A stretch of 58,427 bases of DNA, filler included, from Sphacelaria rigidula (lineage: Eukaryota), in NCBI GenBank assembly GCA_964200075.2. It is 10 parts of 10 records of this genome, joined end to end, with 100 filler letters (N's around TTAATTAATTAA, not from the genome) between each part and the next. Parts side by side here need not be neighbours in the genome. Positions count along the whole stretch, not along the records: positions 1 to 5,753 come from CAXNAA020024718.1; positions 5,854 to 11,606 come from CAXNAA020024719.1; positions 11,707 to 17,459 come from CAXNAA020024720.1; 7 more parts are not named here. One strand, written 5' to 3'. Of this stretch, positions 1 to 13,586 are shown piece by piece. The notes under the pieces are model-generated. The model did not search any database and was not told the DNA's origin. It saw only the letters and a program-made list of their open reading frames with translations. Made by a program: the position numbers and the translations under genes. Within the stretch, counting starts at the first letter, position 1. Every line of letters begins with the position of its first letter.

Positions 1-959
1 CGCGTTCCTAAAAGTATATGCTGTACTCGTTACTAGTTGTAGCCGACAACATCTCGATAGCCCTGTGTATCTCTTCTACAGGCAGTTTGTTAACTCCCAT
101 CTGCTGGTTGATATCGCGTTCAGTAGTCTCACTCAGGCAACACTGCCATCAATACCTCATGTGTCCCCACAGTATATAGACTCGAATAAACAGTACAGTA
201 CACGGCAAAGGTTCTTCCGCATGAATAGTCCGACATTTGGTATTCAATGGTGATTCGGAACAGTATTGTTCTCAGAGTAAACGCATATTACTCATGCACT
301 GTTAGGCTGAGTACAAAGTCAACGATTTCATCGAGGAGATGGTGCAGGCTGTAAACAGTCAGTACCGTCATCTTGTACAGCCATATTGTAACAGCATCAC
401 AAAAAATATAACGGTTGCATGTCCTAAAACCCAAAGGTGTTCTCGCAACTCAATGTTCGAAGACACACGCGATTTTTAATCCAGCGGGTCTTGTCGAGTT
501 TGAGTATGTGTGGCATCTTGTACCGTCGTTCCATTTCAGTCAGCTGTGTGAAACTCAAACAAATCATAGCGTATAGCAACAGCAGCGCCAGTTGTGAACA
601 AGTCTAACGTTAGTCTGTCCTGCGGCGCACCCCGAGCGTGTGGTTACAGCATTATGAATTGCGAACAAAACGAGGGTTATTTTGGTCAGAAACAACCCAG
701 ACAGTGGTGCGATATGCCTATTATTTTGTTTTTCAAGTGCGGAATTGGCTGGAATTCGTGTGCAGAGCAATCATGAAGCAGGAGAGTTGTCGGTGCAAAC
801 TACGACAGTAAAGACGTGAATGCAGTAACACAATCTTGTGTGGCCAATAGATACGGCGGTTGTAAGCAGCAGTTCAGACAGTGCAACACAGTATAGCGTT
901 ATAAATTCTAGACCGCAGTGCGGGTAGTCCCTCTGTATCATACATATCTTTTTCCAAGT

Positions 960-2200
960 GAATATTGATGCCAACTCAGCAGGTGACCCACCCTCGTGGT
1001 CAAAATGGTCAATACTCACAACGAGAGGGCGTCGTACAGCTCTTCATACTCACAACAACAGGGCGGTGTACAGGCACATGTGTGGCGAATACAGTAAACA
1101 CAAGCTTGATGGGCGAAGACAGCATAGTGTTGTGTTGCTCTTTTCAGCTGCCTCATACAGCAGGAAGCACACGGCAGCTGTTGCATGGAAAGATTTAGTA
1201 AAGCAGTACAGAGAGTCGTGCAATCTTAGCATCCACCGTGACCCTACTCATTCAGGTCTACACAAGACAAGATTTGGCCTTTATAGAGTAACAGTATCCA
1301 GCTAGTAACATGACATGTTTGGTGTATGCCGCTAAAATATCACGTTGGGGTCAAGCAAATGCAGGACGACTGACGGTAGCACGCAAGCATCGGTGCAAAC
1401 GTTTGTGCAAAGCGAAATCCAGCATCAGTACAGTACAGTACAACACAGTACAGCCGCCCATCGTCTGGTGTCCACTGCAACACACAAATTTTCATGTCGC
1501 GAAAAATCTTAAAATACTCCGCATTCATATAGGGAAATGTACGGGAAGTGCTTCAATTTGGCTCAACAGTCAAGTCCATCGGTATTGAGTAACATCAGGT
1601 AATATCTCGCCGAACAGTAAGGCACGATGGATGCAGGATGATGGTGAGGGATAACTGGTAGCATTCATATAAAAACAGCACGCCACATCAGATTACAGGA
1701 AAATGGGGTATCGCGTCGGTATGCAAAAGTATCGTAGTACAACTTATGTGCAGGGTAAATCATGAATCAATCGGCTGTGGCGATGTGTCTCTCGGTTACA
1801 ACAATATGTAGCGGCAGCTGCTGCTGCAGTCGGAGAGACGTACTGCACTGTGCTTGTAGCATGTACAGGCACAAGCAAGTTTGGATAGCAGCAGACCGAT
1901 GACAGTACTTGGGGCGGGGGATTGCACTTTAGATACCACCGCTGCAACCCGAGCATCCTAGCAGGAGAATGATTGGTGATATCATGCAGGTTGCAGAAAG
2001 ATGGGTATCTGCTTGGTTTATGCATTGCGCAAACGTTGTGATAACGCTATTTCAGGTGATGGGGTGCACACAGCAGGTGACCGGCTTCTAGACTCCCAGA
2101 TCAACTGCAACAGACAGTAAATACGAGTACATCAAAAGTTTGATTTGAACATTCAAGGCAGAAGGTACCTCCGAGTTTTTTCAACAGTGCACAGCAAGCT
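960..2200 (+). pseudogene. Possible very old copia-like gag/protease relic
   Basis: Colinear fragments resemble the minus-strand copia in the same contig: QLFILTTTG (~1035), AWKDLVKQY (~1183), a decayed knuckle-like stretch (~1653-1700), LLDSQ (~2085). Many stops and frameshifts. Confidence 0.3.
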
Positions 2201-4029
2201 CCGAATCAAGCGGGCACCATTGCAATAGTATCCCTGGATCATGATAGAGGTATACATGTGTGCGCTTGCTACAGACACGTTGTAGTTGTGCATAGCTGCC
2301 GTAAAACGCGGTTTCACGTGGACGAGGATAAGCGCTGCATGGATGCGGTAGCTCGACTCCCGCGAACACCAATGAGCTTGACATCATTTCGGCACATATA
2401 TATATATATATATACATACATCTCTATATCGGGCTACATGAACGAACAGTCCAGCGTTTGACAGCATTTACGGTTCATCACATTATTGGCTCTTACCCAG
2501 ATGCCGCATGCAGCAAGCCTTATCCACACGGTATCCAGTAAGCCATGAAATCAATCCAAGCAGGTAGCACAATGTTATCAGCATGATTCATCATTTCCTT
2601 GCCCTCCACAGGTTATGGATTGTTATGACAAAGAGTGAGGTTGGCTGTTGATTCATCACCATCTTCAAATCTCAAAAAATGCATGAATTCAAACTTGCCT
2701 CAAGGTTATTTCCCGAGGTGCGGCGAAATAGGATTCAAATACCCGCATTGTACCCTGAAATATATACAGTATACATTGGGTGTACATAACATGCGATGTC
2801 CGTCAGGTCAGCAGACTAGGTTGAGGTTCCCTTTCAAGGCACGGTCTGCAGGCATTGAATAATGAGCTAATTCGGATCACAGCCATAGCTACTATTCATC
2901 ACTGTAGCGTAGTAGAGCAGAACGGGTGTCTTGCCTTCGTGTGGAAACATCATTTCACACTGTTGGGGGACGTCGTCAACCGAAAGACATGGGTCACATG
3001 CGCACAAAAATCTTTCATGTGTCCACGAGTATTTGTCAGACGCGTTGGGAGACGATGCCCAGCATGTTGCAGAGCGAGGAATTGTACTTCAACTACGCTT
3101 TACACTGTCAAATAGTCATATACGGCACAGTTCGTTTATTCATCATAACATGCGGGTTATCGTTTGAGGTGAACAAAGATTTTTCATTGATAGGGACCGA
3201 AGCATTATGGTGGCTGATGATATCCCGTACCGCGTCCCCTGCGCTGGAGTTTCCTGGGGTGTTTCATCGCCCCGCTTTTCACGTCGGGAGGTGAGGTAGC
3301 TACCCCCTGCCGCAGTACTGAAGGAAGGGCCTCTTTTCTTGATGTCAAGCACTTCTCTGATGTACCCTTTCTCCTCCCGTGTATTGTAACTTTGATGTAG
3401 GAGCTGCCTGAGTGCGATATCTTGGACTGCTGTTGGTGGTTCGGCTGCTGCTCATTCTGGTGATGGCGACGATCGGACTGCGACTGCTGCTGATGCCGAT
3501 GATGGTGACGATCGCGCTGCGGCTGCTGCTGATGCTGATCACGGGCCTTCTGCCGTGAAGATGTTTGTCTCTTCGTTGTAGAAGATGGAATAACGTTCGT
3601 TCCTGTACCCCTGTTGTAATTTCTGCGCCTGCTGTTTTCTGCCGCTGTAGAGTTGACCTGTCTGTTCTTTTCATGGTATTTCAAATTCCGTTTATTATCC
3701 GTACTGATGCATGCAGTTGTAGGCTTGGTCAATGAAGATCAAGATTTACTGTAGTTACGAATCTTGCTCATTTTCCCGGCTGAACGGCACACAGTTTTGA
3801 CGTTTCTACCGGCTGCTGTCGGAGGCAGTTCTACGATCTTGACCGTTCCTGTCTTGTTCGGCGGAACCACTGCGGCCGATAATGCTGTGCCCATCCCAAT
3901 ACATTCTCCGGATAATACCTTAGTCGTGAGTGCTGACTCGATCCTTTTGTTCAAGGTTTTCGAATTTTGAGCAACCTGCATGTTAATGGAGTGTAACGCT
4001 CCACCGCAGTTGCTAATGGGAATTTGAAA

Positions 4030-4570
4030 ATCTCCGAGGTTTACGTAGGAACCACCCGAAAAAACAGTTGACGCTCATTTTGTTACTGCCTCTACAGGAG
4101 AGAACAGATGTCTCCCCAGACCTGGAACAGTCACGGCAGGAAGTTGAACAGAGCGCTTGATTCGTTCAGAATCAGTAACGATGGTGTTAGTAACACCTCT
4201 TCCCGTACCCTGTAGGAGATGACGTCCGGCAGTAAGAATGCTCATGGGTGGATCGAGCTTCACGTAATCAACCATCTCACATTCGATATTCGGTAATAGC
4301 TGATTATCCAAAAGATGCCCACTGGAGCCACTGTCAACTGCCATTTTGAAGAAAATTTCGTCGGGTGTACAATGATCGGCAATGACATGCGGACCTGAAA
4401 GAAAGGAAAACCCGATACCGTTTGATTTGACATAAGTCAAGCACAGTTTCGGCCGAAGGTGTCGAAATATGTTGGCCTTGGTCATTCGATGGTACTGTCG
4501 CGGAAGCTGGATCGGCGATGGCAGTGTTGGCTTGGCGTTGTTGTCCCCATTGAAGTTGTTGCTGCTGCCG

Positions 4571-4614
<44 letters not shown>

Positions 4615-5753
4615 GCTGCTGCTGCTGCTGCTGCTGTTGTCGTCGCGGTTGTTGTTGTTGTTGTTGTCGTCGCGGTTGTTGTGGTTGCGTTGGCTTCTAC
4701 AGTCAGAGCCGTCGTGTTTGTCTGTATGGTGAAAGCTGCACCATTTGACAGACCTGTCCTGGTGGTTTGACTGCCTACTAGAACGGCAGTCACGGGCGTG
4801 GTGACCTCTTCTTCCGCACGAGAGGCATTTTCCGCACAATTTCGCGGGTTGATTCGAGGAGTTCGACATTGCCGCCGCCAGCATTCAAGAATCACGGCCA
4901 TGTGATCTGCTCGCGGTTACTTTCCTCGCCAGTCTATTGGCATACATGTTACGTAGGGTTGTTTCAATATCCCCGATGCTCAAGCCTGGGTCTCGTTCTG
5001 CGCTATATTTCACTTGGTCATACTCGCTGGTTAGACCCTCGACTATGATATCAGTGAGTCTATCGTCGGAGATGGGCTCGCCAATGCGCACGAGCTCGTC
5101 TCGGAGCTGGAATACTTTTGCCAAAAAACATCCGGGTCTTGTCCTGGTGACATAGGCATGGTGTCCAGCTGTCGCATCAGTATGCGGCGTCTTTGCTTGA
5201 ATGGATTTTGGTACTTTGCTACCAAGCCTTCCCACGCACATTTGCCGTTTGGTTTCTCTGAACCCTTCGGCTGAAAACGCAAGAGGTAACTTGCCGCTGA
5301 ACCAGTTGTTGATAAGTACAAAACGTTGAACAACTGTTCGGTGTACCGGTCCCAGTTTTGTATTTCACGCGTGTTCAAAATTTGTCTCACATTTGAGTCC
5401 ACGCTGGGATGATCAGACACTTCTCGAACAGGAGGTTGGGCTTGATCACCAGCAGTTTCAGTGTCACCCGCCGCTGCTGACGTCTCGCTCCCCGCGGTTG
5501 CCTCCACCGATGGTAACGGCGAACGAGCGGGCGGCTGCTGATGGCTTCTGGAACGGGTTGCGATGGGGCTTGTTCTTGATGTCGATCTAGCAGCTGGTTG
5601 TGGGTGATCTACCTCATGAAAATCTTCATCATGAATTTCCGGGGGCGTTCAACCCCGTTGAGGATATCAGATATCCCCGGATGAGTCAAGGAAATTATCG
5701 CGCGCGTAGAGCGCGTCCACTCGACGAATTTCGTACCGTCGAACTTGTTTATA
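4030..5753 (-). pseudogene. gag: Copia Gag-protease, disrupted
   Basis: KFDGTKFVEW at the contig edge; QLFNVLYLSTTG..AWEGLVAKYQ..DPDVF/LAKVFQLRDEL; CCHC knuckle CLSCGRRGHHARDC; second knuckle WCSFHHTDKHDGSDC; protease VDSGSSGH..VPGLGRHLFS. Frameshifts near 5640 and 5125, stop at 4885. Confidence 0.9.
4557..4690. repeat. (GTT)n/(GCT)n microsatellite encoding poly-Asn/Ser in Gag
   Basis: Trinucleotide run seen directly. Confidence 0.95.
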
Positions 5754-5853
5754 NNNNNNNNNNNNNNNNNNNNNNNNNNNNNNNNNNNNNNNNNNNNTTA
5801 ATTAATTAANNNNNNNNNNNNNNNNNNNNNNNNNNNNNNNNNNNNNNNNNNNN
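5754..5853. other. Artificial contig linker
   Basis: N44-TTAATTAATTAA-N44. Confidence 0.99.
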
Positions 5854-8368
5854 TGGGAAGACGTTGGGACCCGTGCCCACGGCGTGGGGCAGCCCCGGAA
5901 GGGTCGTCAGAGTCATCATCATCATGACGGCGAGGGGGGTTCGGGGTGATCCAGGCTCCATCCTGGTCGGCCGGCAGTGTCTTGCGGGCTGCCCGCATGG
6001 CGGCGAAGAGGGCGGCAACAGCGGTCTCATATTGGGAACGAGTGTCCCCGGTACCAATCGTAAGATAAAATACGATCCTTTCTATGGTGAGAGCGCCGGG
6101 GTCGTTTCGCAGGAGCTGTCCACCTTGTTCGAGGAAGGGGACGATGACGCCAGTTACGGGCCGGAGAAGGGAGCTCCAAGCCTCCTTTGAGGCGCGGAGT
6201 ACGTTGTTACTATGGTACTCCCCCGAAAGTTGGCGGAGGGTCCAACTAAACCAAGCTCGTTCACTGTTGTGCAGGTGCAGCCCGGACGTGGCAGCGGGGG
6301 GCGCCGAAGCTCGAGGGGCTTGCAGTGGGGCAGGCTGGGGGGACGTGGGCGAGGCCGCAGAAGCCGCGGCAGCAGCGCGTGAGCGCAAAAGTTCGCGGGT
6401 GGTGCGGGAGCCAGGAATAGTGGCGGCAGGTGCAGTCGCTGCCGGCGTGGTCCGGAGCAGAGGAAGATGATGTTCTTGCTCCATGGAACGGAGCGCCGTA
6501 GTCGCCGTTTGAGTCTCTGTCTCGCATTGACGGAGACGATGTTCATCACGGCATACTGAATCTTGGAGTTGGCCGAGCGTAGCGAGGCGTTCGTCAAGGG
6601 TACGCTGAACCGCCCGCTGACGGCTAGTTGCGGAAGCAACGACCTGGCGTTGGCGCGCCAGGCGTTTCGCCGAGTCGTCCGGAAGGTGACGGTGAGCGTT
6701 GTCGTTCGCTGATTGGCGGGGCGAGGGTGGCGCAGGGGACGTGTCCCGTTGAAATGCTCGGTACTCCGCAAGGAGTTGTTCTTGATCCGAGCGTGTACCC
6801 TGAAACCAAAGCCGGGGCAGAAGGCCGAGCGGGCAATGCTCGACGCCTAGCAGGGGGCGATCGTCCTTCGGGGGCTCGGGGGCAGGAGCCGGAGCCGAGG
6901 TGGAGGCAGTAGGATCAGTGTCCGGTGGTAAAAGGGCCGATGTGGCCGACGCGGCCGTGGCAGGGGCGATGATCCGCCGTGGCGGAATCCGCCGGGGCCG
7001 CCGCGCGGGGAGCGGGGGGCGTAACACGGGTGCTCTCGGTGTCCGTGTCAATGTTGGCTGTGGTGGATGGAGCAGTGGCTGCGACTGGCGCAGAAGTGGA
7101 AGGTGCAGGAGCGTTGGCCATATTTGCAGCGGAACGTAAGTAGCGACGAAGGTCTGCAATTTGTCGTTCGACAGCACGCACAGTGGCAGCATCAGGATGG
7201 GGCGGAAGGGCACGGTGAGTGCTGTGTCCGTCGCGCAAAGGTGCGTGAATAGTAGGCAACGAAGCATCAGCGGGTTGTCGTGAGCTTACATATGTCTGAT
7301 CGACAGATTTAGGTCGAGAAGGTGCCGTAGTTGAAGATAGTCCCGATAGTAGTGCACGTACATCATGAGCATGAGTAGTGGTATCACCGTGGTGAACAAG
7401 GTCGTCATGGTCCAAATCAAAATCAGAAACAGCATCTGAGGTTGAACGTGCATCACCAGAGACTACATAGCCAGTGGCGCAGAGGCTTGATGGTTGATAT
7501 TACGGTCAAGGCGAACATGATGAGAAGGCGTTGAATGTTCAACGGCTGTGTGAAACGCAGTCGCAAGCGCTTGTGAAAGGGCAGTGGTCGCCGGACCGTC
7601 AGAAAGGACAGCCGGTGACGAACGAAGCAAGTGCTCGAGGGCCGTCACTAAAGGCAAGTGCTCTGTGGAAGGCGCTGCAGAACGGCCACGGCGCGAGGAG
7701 GATGGTTGGCGCGCAGTGCGGTGAACAGAAATGTCCTCGCGATACCTGTCTTGCCGGCGTTGCCGCTGGGAGACGTCGTAACCCTCAACATCGCGAGCGC
7801 GGGGTGAGTCAACACCCGCTGTAGAAGCCTGAAGCTGGTGGCGGTCCACAACAGTGGCGTAGCGTGGCGACTCCTCAGACATGTGGGAGCTCTGAGACTG
7901 AGCCCGTCGCACAACAGACCGAGCGCGTAGCGGCTCGTCGACCATATTGGAAGTCTTGGACAGTGTACGATCCGCGGCAGGGCGAGCGCGGAGCGACTCG
8001 TCGATAGTGCCGAGAGTCTTGGGCAATGAACGATCCGCGGCAGAGCGAGCGCGGAGCGACTCGTCGATAGTGCCGGGAGTCTTGGGCAATGAACGATCCG
8101 CGACAGAGCGAGCGCGGAGCGGCTCGTCGATAGTGCCGGGAGTCTTGAACAGATGGCGATGGTGGGCACCAGCAGTAGCAAAGTCTTGAGACGTGTAGTC
8201 GCCAGAGCTGCGAGTCGAAGCTCTGTCGGATTTCACTTCTTCGTGTACTGGGGAAGTGATAGTCAAGGGTTTTGGTTGTGGAGGGATTGATGAAAGCAAA
8301 CGCTGACGACGTAAAGATTCGTAAGTGGGCAATACCGAGGGAAAAGTTATTTTCTGCTGTTGTTTCAT
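5854..8368 (-). pseudogene. Long orphan ORF (>830 aa, two compensating frameshifts), possibly ORF1 of a retroelement
   Basis: ORF 8368-7463, a shifted frame ~7500-6960, then the original frame to the contig edge read as one Ala/Pro/Ser-rich protein with a coiled-coil-like block (RQRAVQRTLDERLATLGQLQ..). No introns evident; no domain recognised. Confidence 0.5.
7921..8150. repeat. 63-bp coding tandem repeat (~3.6 copies)
   Basis: Units start at 7921, 7984, 8047, 8110; each encodes an LPKTPGTIDESLRARSAADRS-like 21-mer. Confidence 0.95.
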
Positions 8369-11011
8369 ATTAAGGTGAAGAAGTAGAAATAGACGTCAGA
8401 TACCAGAGTATAAAGGTTGTGGGATAATAATAATAAGAGGTAGTGTAAACTCGGCAGGAGATGGTAAGTACCGAAAAACAGGAAAAATTAAGCAGTAAGG
8501 ACTACAGGATTTTATAAACGGAGTTATACCAAACTAGAGTAGACTGTTGTGATAATAAATAACAAACAGTGTAAGTGCGGCAATTCCGAGTCTTAAAAGG
8601 CAAACAGCAGCGCAAAAAAGTAGAGCTGATTAAGCGCAAAAAAGGGAGGGCGTCGGAAATAAGACACCTCCAGAGAAAACTGTATATGGGGGAGTAGAGG
8701 GGGCGCGCGGAGAGTGTACCAAGGCGTAAATAGTCGCAAGGGAACAAGCTCACAGATATACCGAGAGAAACCTAATAGTGGTCGCATGAGGGGTTGAATA
8801 CGAGGGTAAAACTAGCAATGAGGCGACTTGGAAAGGAGGGAGACCCTTGGACAAAATGTCCTACGAGCGCGCTGGGCACGGCAAAGATGACAGGTATACG
8901 TAGTGATCAGGCACACGCTGGAGAAGGGTATTGCAGTGGGGCAAGTAAAAATACCGCACACAGGAGGTGTAGGAAAACACTACTCGAGACCGCCGTAGAG
9001 GGCACCAATACTAACGTAAAATACGTTGCTAAAAAGGGTGGCGACGTGTAAAGCTCTGTGAAAGTCCAGACAGAAAGAGGATTAAAAGTGCGGCTACAAA
9101 AGTGTGAAACAGAGAACTGAAGTGCAGGGGTTCAAGAGAGGACCGCTGTAGCAGTCGACTGAAACACGAGTTGTTGGTGCAGGTCAGGTGCCAAGCGGAA
9201 AGGCTTACAGAAAATGCGAAAACTTTCGAACAAGAATTCAGGGAAATGTAGAGGGATCTAGGGGGTGGAGCACCAGAGGAGAAACAATGGAACACGCTGG
9301 CTAAGGCTAAAAGGAAAAGAGAAGCGTGTAGTACCCGCGCGAAAGATAATATATATGTATGTACCAGTGCTCGCACAAAAAATGAAGAGCGCGTTGGGGG
9401 ATGCACGACCCGAAGGTGAAAAATTGCCCACGTAGTGCTCACCCAGCGAAAGGTGGAGTAGCAGGGCGGTGTGTGATAGAAAACCTGGGGAGAGGGGCGG
9501 CGAGAGATGATAGCACCGAATATATCGAGTAGGTTGGTGCAGATGATCGCGCGGAAGAACATTTAGTGTGTGCGACAGTACTTTACACAGCCGGGGCGGC
9601 AAGCGCGACGACCTGAACAGTTGCGCGGTAAAGCTGGCAACGCAAATAGTCGTGCAGAAAAGTATGAATACACTCAAGTAGTCAGTGTCAAAAGTAAAAG
9701 GACACCACACTATAAGCACAGCAGCGGCACACAAGTGGCGACGTTCTCAAGGAGAAAAGGTATAGTCGATGTCACCGTAAGAGAGAAGCGGCGTGTTCTG
9801 TATCGGTTCAGTAAGGGATATGTTCAACTGTTCGTGAAGGTTGTACAACAACCCAGTTGACCGAACGTGTGGCGGGTTGAAAAGGACGATGGCAACTGAA
9901 CAGCGGCACTACCAAGCAAGGGTGTCGCCCAACCAAAGGAGCGACCCAAACAAGAGAGGGGCAAAGGGCGGGTTGCAATCGTTGCTGCTGCGGCGGGAAT
10001 GTAGCGGAAACAAATGCAGGGAGGCAGCACTGTTGTACAGGGAAAGAAAAGCACTCTAAAAGATAAATGAAAACGAAGGACTGTTGGAACTGCTCCTAAC
10101 CGGGGGGGGTCAAAATACAGATGAACCAAAAGTGAGGAGCAGCAAAGGGCTACAAAAAGGGACAGCTTGACAACGCGGCAAGGCTATGAGAAGACGCGCG
10201 GGCTAATGAAAAACCAAGCAAAACACGGCCAATTCGTCGTACGCCAGTGTGATATAAATGGAGGTAGAAACAAGGTCCACATCTTCCTAGCTATGAACAG
10301 TGTGCTGCAGGCTTGGGTAGGTGCGCAAACGCACCAGGTGTCCGAGTAAAGCAAGCTGCAAATGCACACGTGCAGATTCACGTGACTGTTGGTCACAGTA
10401 GCAACAAACAAAAGGAGCTCAAAGGCTTGATATCTTTTTAACACTCACTGATTATCCCCGTGATCGCCCAGCACACTATTCTCACCAGTGGTAAACACTA
10501 GGAGCAGATGGTCCGGCTCGAAGGATAGCTCAAGAGTGAATTCGGCCCGAGAAGGCGTTTGCCTCCTCGGGGCCAGGGCATGTCAGCCTGCACACTAATC
10601 TTCCCGAGAACGCAGCCTGTACATCAACCTTTCCCAGAACTTTGGAAGCATTCCCACGGCTGGATCGAGTGATCTGTGAGCCGACCTGCCCCAAAACTGT
10701 CTGAAGGAACAAATAACGCCTCTCTATCTTCCTTCCTCATGACACCAATATGTATAAAACAACATATGTCGTGAACCCTTGGTTGCCATGGCAAATTCCG
10801 CAGAAGCCGGTCCGGTGAATTTGTCGAATCGTGGGATCCCGAGACCCTTCTGCTCAGAAATCGTACAGTTATCTTACTGGTGTCGACATTGTCAAGGGGT
10901 GATGCGACTCGAATGACCCTTACGGGAGTCCTTCTCCTTCATACACAATACTTCACTCAAGTTCTAGGTTTCACCACATAATGTACAAAATTAAGGCATG
11001 CCTCATGCACG

Positions 11012-11458
11012 GTGCTCCGCTACTTCCCGCGGCGTAGCCACCCTGCCTCCTTGCCTCGTTCCAGCACTAGAAACAACACCACAATAGAGAATGCCACGGC
11101 CAGTTCACGCCGAAACAAGTACATTGCTTCAGTCCTTGCACCCGCGATGCCTGTGGGAATCGTTCAGAAATTGCTAGGCGAGGGTACGGATGCAGCGTTT
11201 CAGGTACTCAAGACTACCGAGCATTCCGGGAGCGGATACCCCGGGTACCCCAGGGGACTCGGTGATGCAAGCGCTCCGGAAAGCCAGAGTAACCTGGGAC
11301 CCAGTACCTTGCCTTCAACACCTCCGGAATCTTCCCCTCGGAGTGAGGCACTTGAATGTCGCAGTGCGCAAAGACGGCCCGTTGGGATCCAACAGGATGG
11401 CCTGACCTTCATGGCGGCTGAAATGTCCATCATGACATGTGATCCCTTGCCGCAAGGA
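11012..11458 (+). CDS. Candidate exon of unknown gene
   Basis: Open frame ending at a GGA|GTGAGT donor; 5' boundary unknown; no motif recognised. Confidence 0.25.
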
Positions 11459-11606
11459 GTGAGTCAGATTATATTGTGACCAGCGTTAGACATTTCTGGC
11501 CGCGATTCAGATTCTGCTGTGACCCTCAAAAGACATTGAACAGTGTTGCCGTGAGATTGAGAGTAGATGATACGATTGAGAGTGAAAGGCGGTCAATCAG
11601 TGAATG

Positions 11607-11706
11607 NNNNNNNNNNNNNNNNNNNNNNNNNNNNNNNNNNNNNNNNNNNNTTAATTAATTAANNNNNNNNNNNNNNNNNNNNNNNNNNNNNNNNNNNNNN
11701 NNNNNN
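11607..11706. other. Artificial contig linker
   Basis: N44-TTAATTAATTAA-N44. Confidence 0.99.
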
Positions 11707-12760
11707 CAATCAAAGACAGAAAAGAAAAAAAAGATGGCCCCCCCCCCCCCCCCCCCCCTCCCCTCCCTCCTCCCCCGAAGGAAAAGAAGAACCCTGTCCA
11801 ACCGCCGTCCAATTAGCGACTTGGGCATCGACGTGTGTATGGTCGTCTTCACTGTAGAGCTTGTGCGGATCTTTGCTGCCAGAGTATTCGTGCATCAAAT
11901 TGAGAACAAGCCACAAACGAGTGAATTGGCATGAAAGGGTTCGATGGATCACGACTAATGAAACGATGACTTCCCAGACAAAATGTCGAAGAAGAGGGAG
12001 AAGTAAAACGATACATACGGTTTGTTGTTCGCGACCAAATCGTGATACAGGCTGGTTCAGGGAGAATCCCCGAGGTGTATTCCCCACTAAGTACAGAACG
12101 TAAAACTGATCCGACGGGAAAATATTCGGTATCACAGTGACCCCCCACGAGCAAGCGAACAGTGTGACATCGCCAAAAATTGTTTTGCGTCCGTTGCTGT
12201 GGCGCTAGTGGTGAAAACGTTCCTCGTCCAACCAGGGGACTTCAAGTTGTTCTAAAACAGAGGTGCAAATTTATGACCCAATCTCTACCCAATCTCGTCA
12301 CGAATCAAACCTTAGTAATCGCCATCAGCTACGAGGGGATCTAACCCACAAAACAGTTCTGAAAACGGTCCGTATGGGATCGAGCTATACATCGAGCTGC
12401 CGTATTTCGGTAATGTGGTATTTTTGCGTCGCCAGATTTCCATTGATACCGGGACCGGAGTCGATAAATAATATATAACTCATTCATTCGTTCAGTCAGT
12501 CATTCATTCATTCATGAATTGCTTTGTTGGGATTGAATGGATGGTTGGATGGTTGGATGGTTGGTTGAACTTTATTTTTTGGACAAGGAAAGGACAATAT
12601 GCATCGAAGATCCGGAAAGTTTCGTTGTGGAAGTCGAAAAAATGATCTCGAACGGTCTCTGCAAGCTTGAACGCACAAGAAAAGGTCGGGTTGATAATAC
12701 TGTGAAATCAAGTAAATTGGGAGGTTCGGCAGATTAATTAACATCTGATCCCACATGAAG

Positions 12761-13028
12761 GCGGTTTCTCACCAGAGTTTTTGAAGTTTGACCCCTGCAA
12801 TTTTGCACACATGTACTTTGGGATATTGCAAAACATTATATATATATATATTTCTTCTTCCGTGCCTGCTATCCGGGGTCCCACCAGACCTTATATACCC
12901 TGGGACCCGCGGGACCCCGGATATCCGTAAATATTTCAAAACATTCATAGAAAGTTTCGCAACACCCCATTGTACACAAGTGCAAGATTTTCAGGATCTA
13001 ACTCCAAAAACCCGAGCGAGAAATCGCG
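12761..13028. repeat. Imperfect foldback (palindromic MITE-like)
   Basis: ATCCGGGGTCCC/GGGACCCCGGAT near the centre; outer arms roughly 70% complementary by eye. Confidence 0.65.
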
Positions 13029-13352
13029 GGGGAATAAGTGTTGGGCTGGGTCACCCTGAACCAGCCTGTAGGCCCCTCTCCTTCAATCCCGTGCACGCAG
13101 AATTCTGCCTCCTTTCGGAACAGCTTTGCCGGCTGGCTCTCAGTGTCTGCTACCCCATGGTGACGGTGTACCTTCTGTTGGCAGAGCACCATCACCTTCG
13201 ATGACAACGCACCGTGTGCTGCGTAATTTCGGTCCCTGATTATGTGCATTTTGTTCCTCAGTTCAAAGCAATTTGTCTGTCCCACACATTTCCAGCGGTG
13301 GACATATGATCAATCGATGACATCTATTAATAGCCCAAGAGATGGAATCTTC

Positions 13353-13586
13353 CAAGGGTGTGTTGGGTATGGTGTTTTCCACACATGAGTATTTTGGAAA
13401 AAAAAACGTATCCAAAAGTTGGGTAGAGTGACCATGGCACTCAACAATACCCAGATATTGGTCAGAGTATGATGAACATCGTTCCTGATCAATATTTGGG
13501 TAGGAAGAGTCTGGAGATCGAGCTATTTCAACCCGAAACTCGGGAGAGTAAATTTTCGGGTGTTTACCCTATGCAGCATCCCCTTG
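13353..13586. mobile_element. hAT-type MITE (234 bp) with 8-bp TSD
   Basis: Ends CAAGGG...CCCTTG; exact TSD GAATCTTC at 13345-13352 and 13587-13594. Confidence 0.85.

Larger units (their letters stand above)
3200..5753 (-). mobile_element. Ty1/copia LTR retrotransposon fragment (gag-protease-spacer), cut by contig end
   Basis: Copia gag and protease motifs in order, followed by a low-complexity spacer. No recognisable integrase, RT or LTR. Lower boundary approximate. Confidence 0.85.

Noticed and set aside
4459..4901. Poly-Val, poly-Leu and poly-Thr ORFs
   Set aside because: Alternative frames of the microsatellite inside copia gag.
5798..5809. Recurrent TTAATTAATTAA with ~5.85-kb periodicity as a biological repeat
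   Set aside because: Always centred in N44 blocks and contains stops in all six frames; it is an assembly linker.
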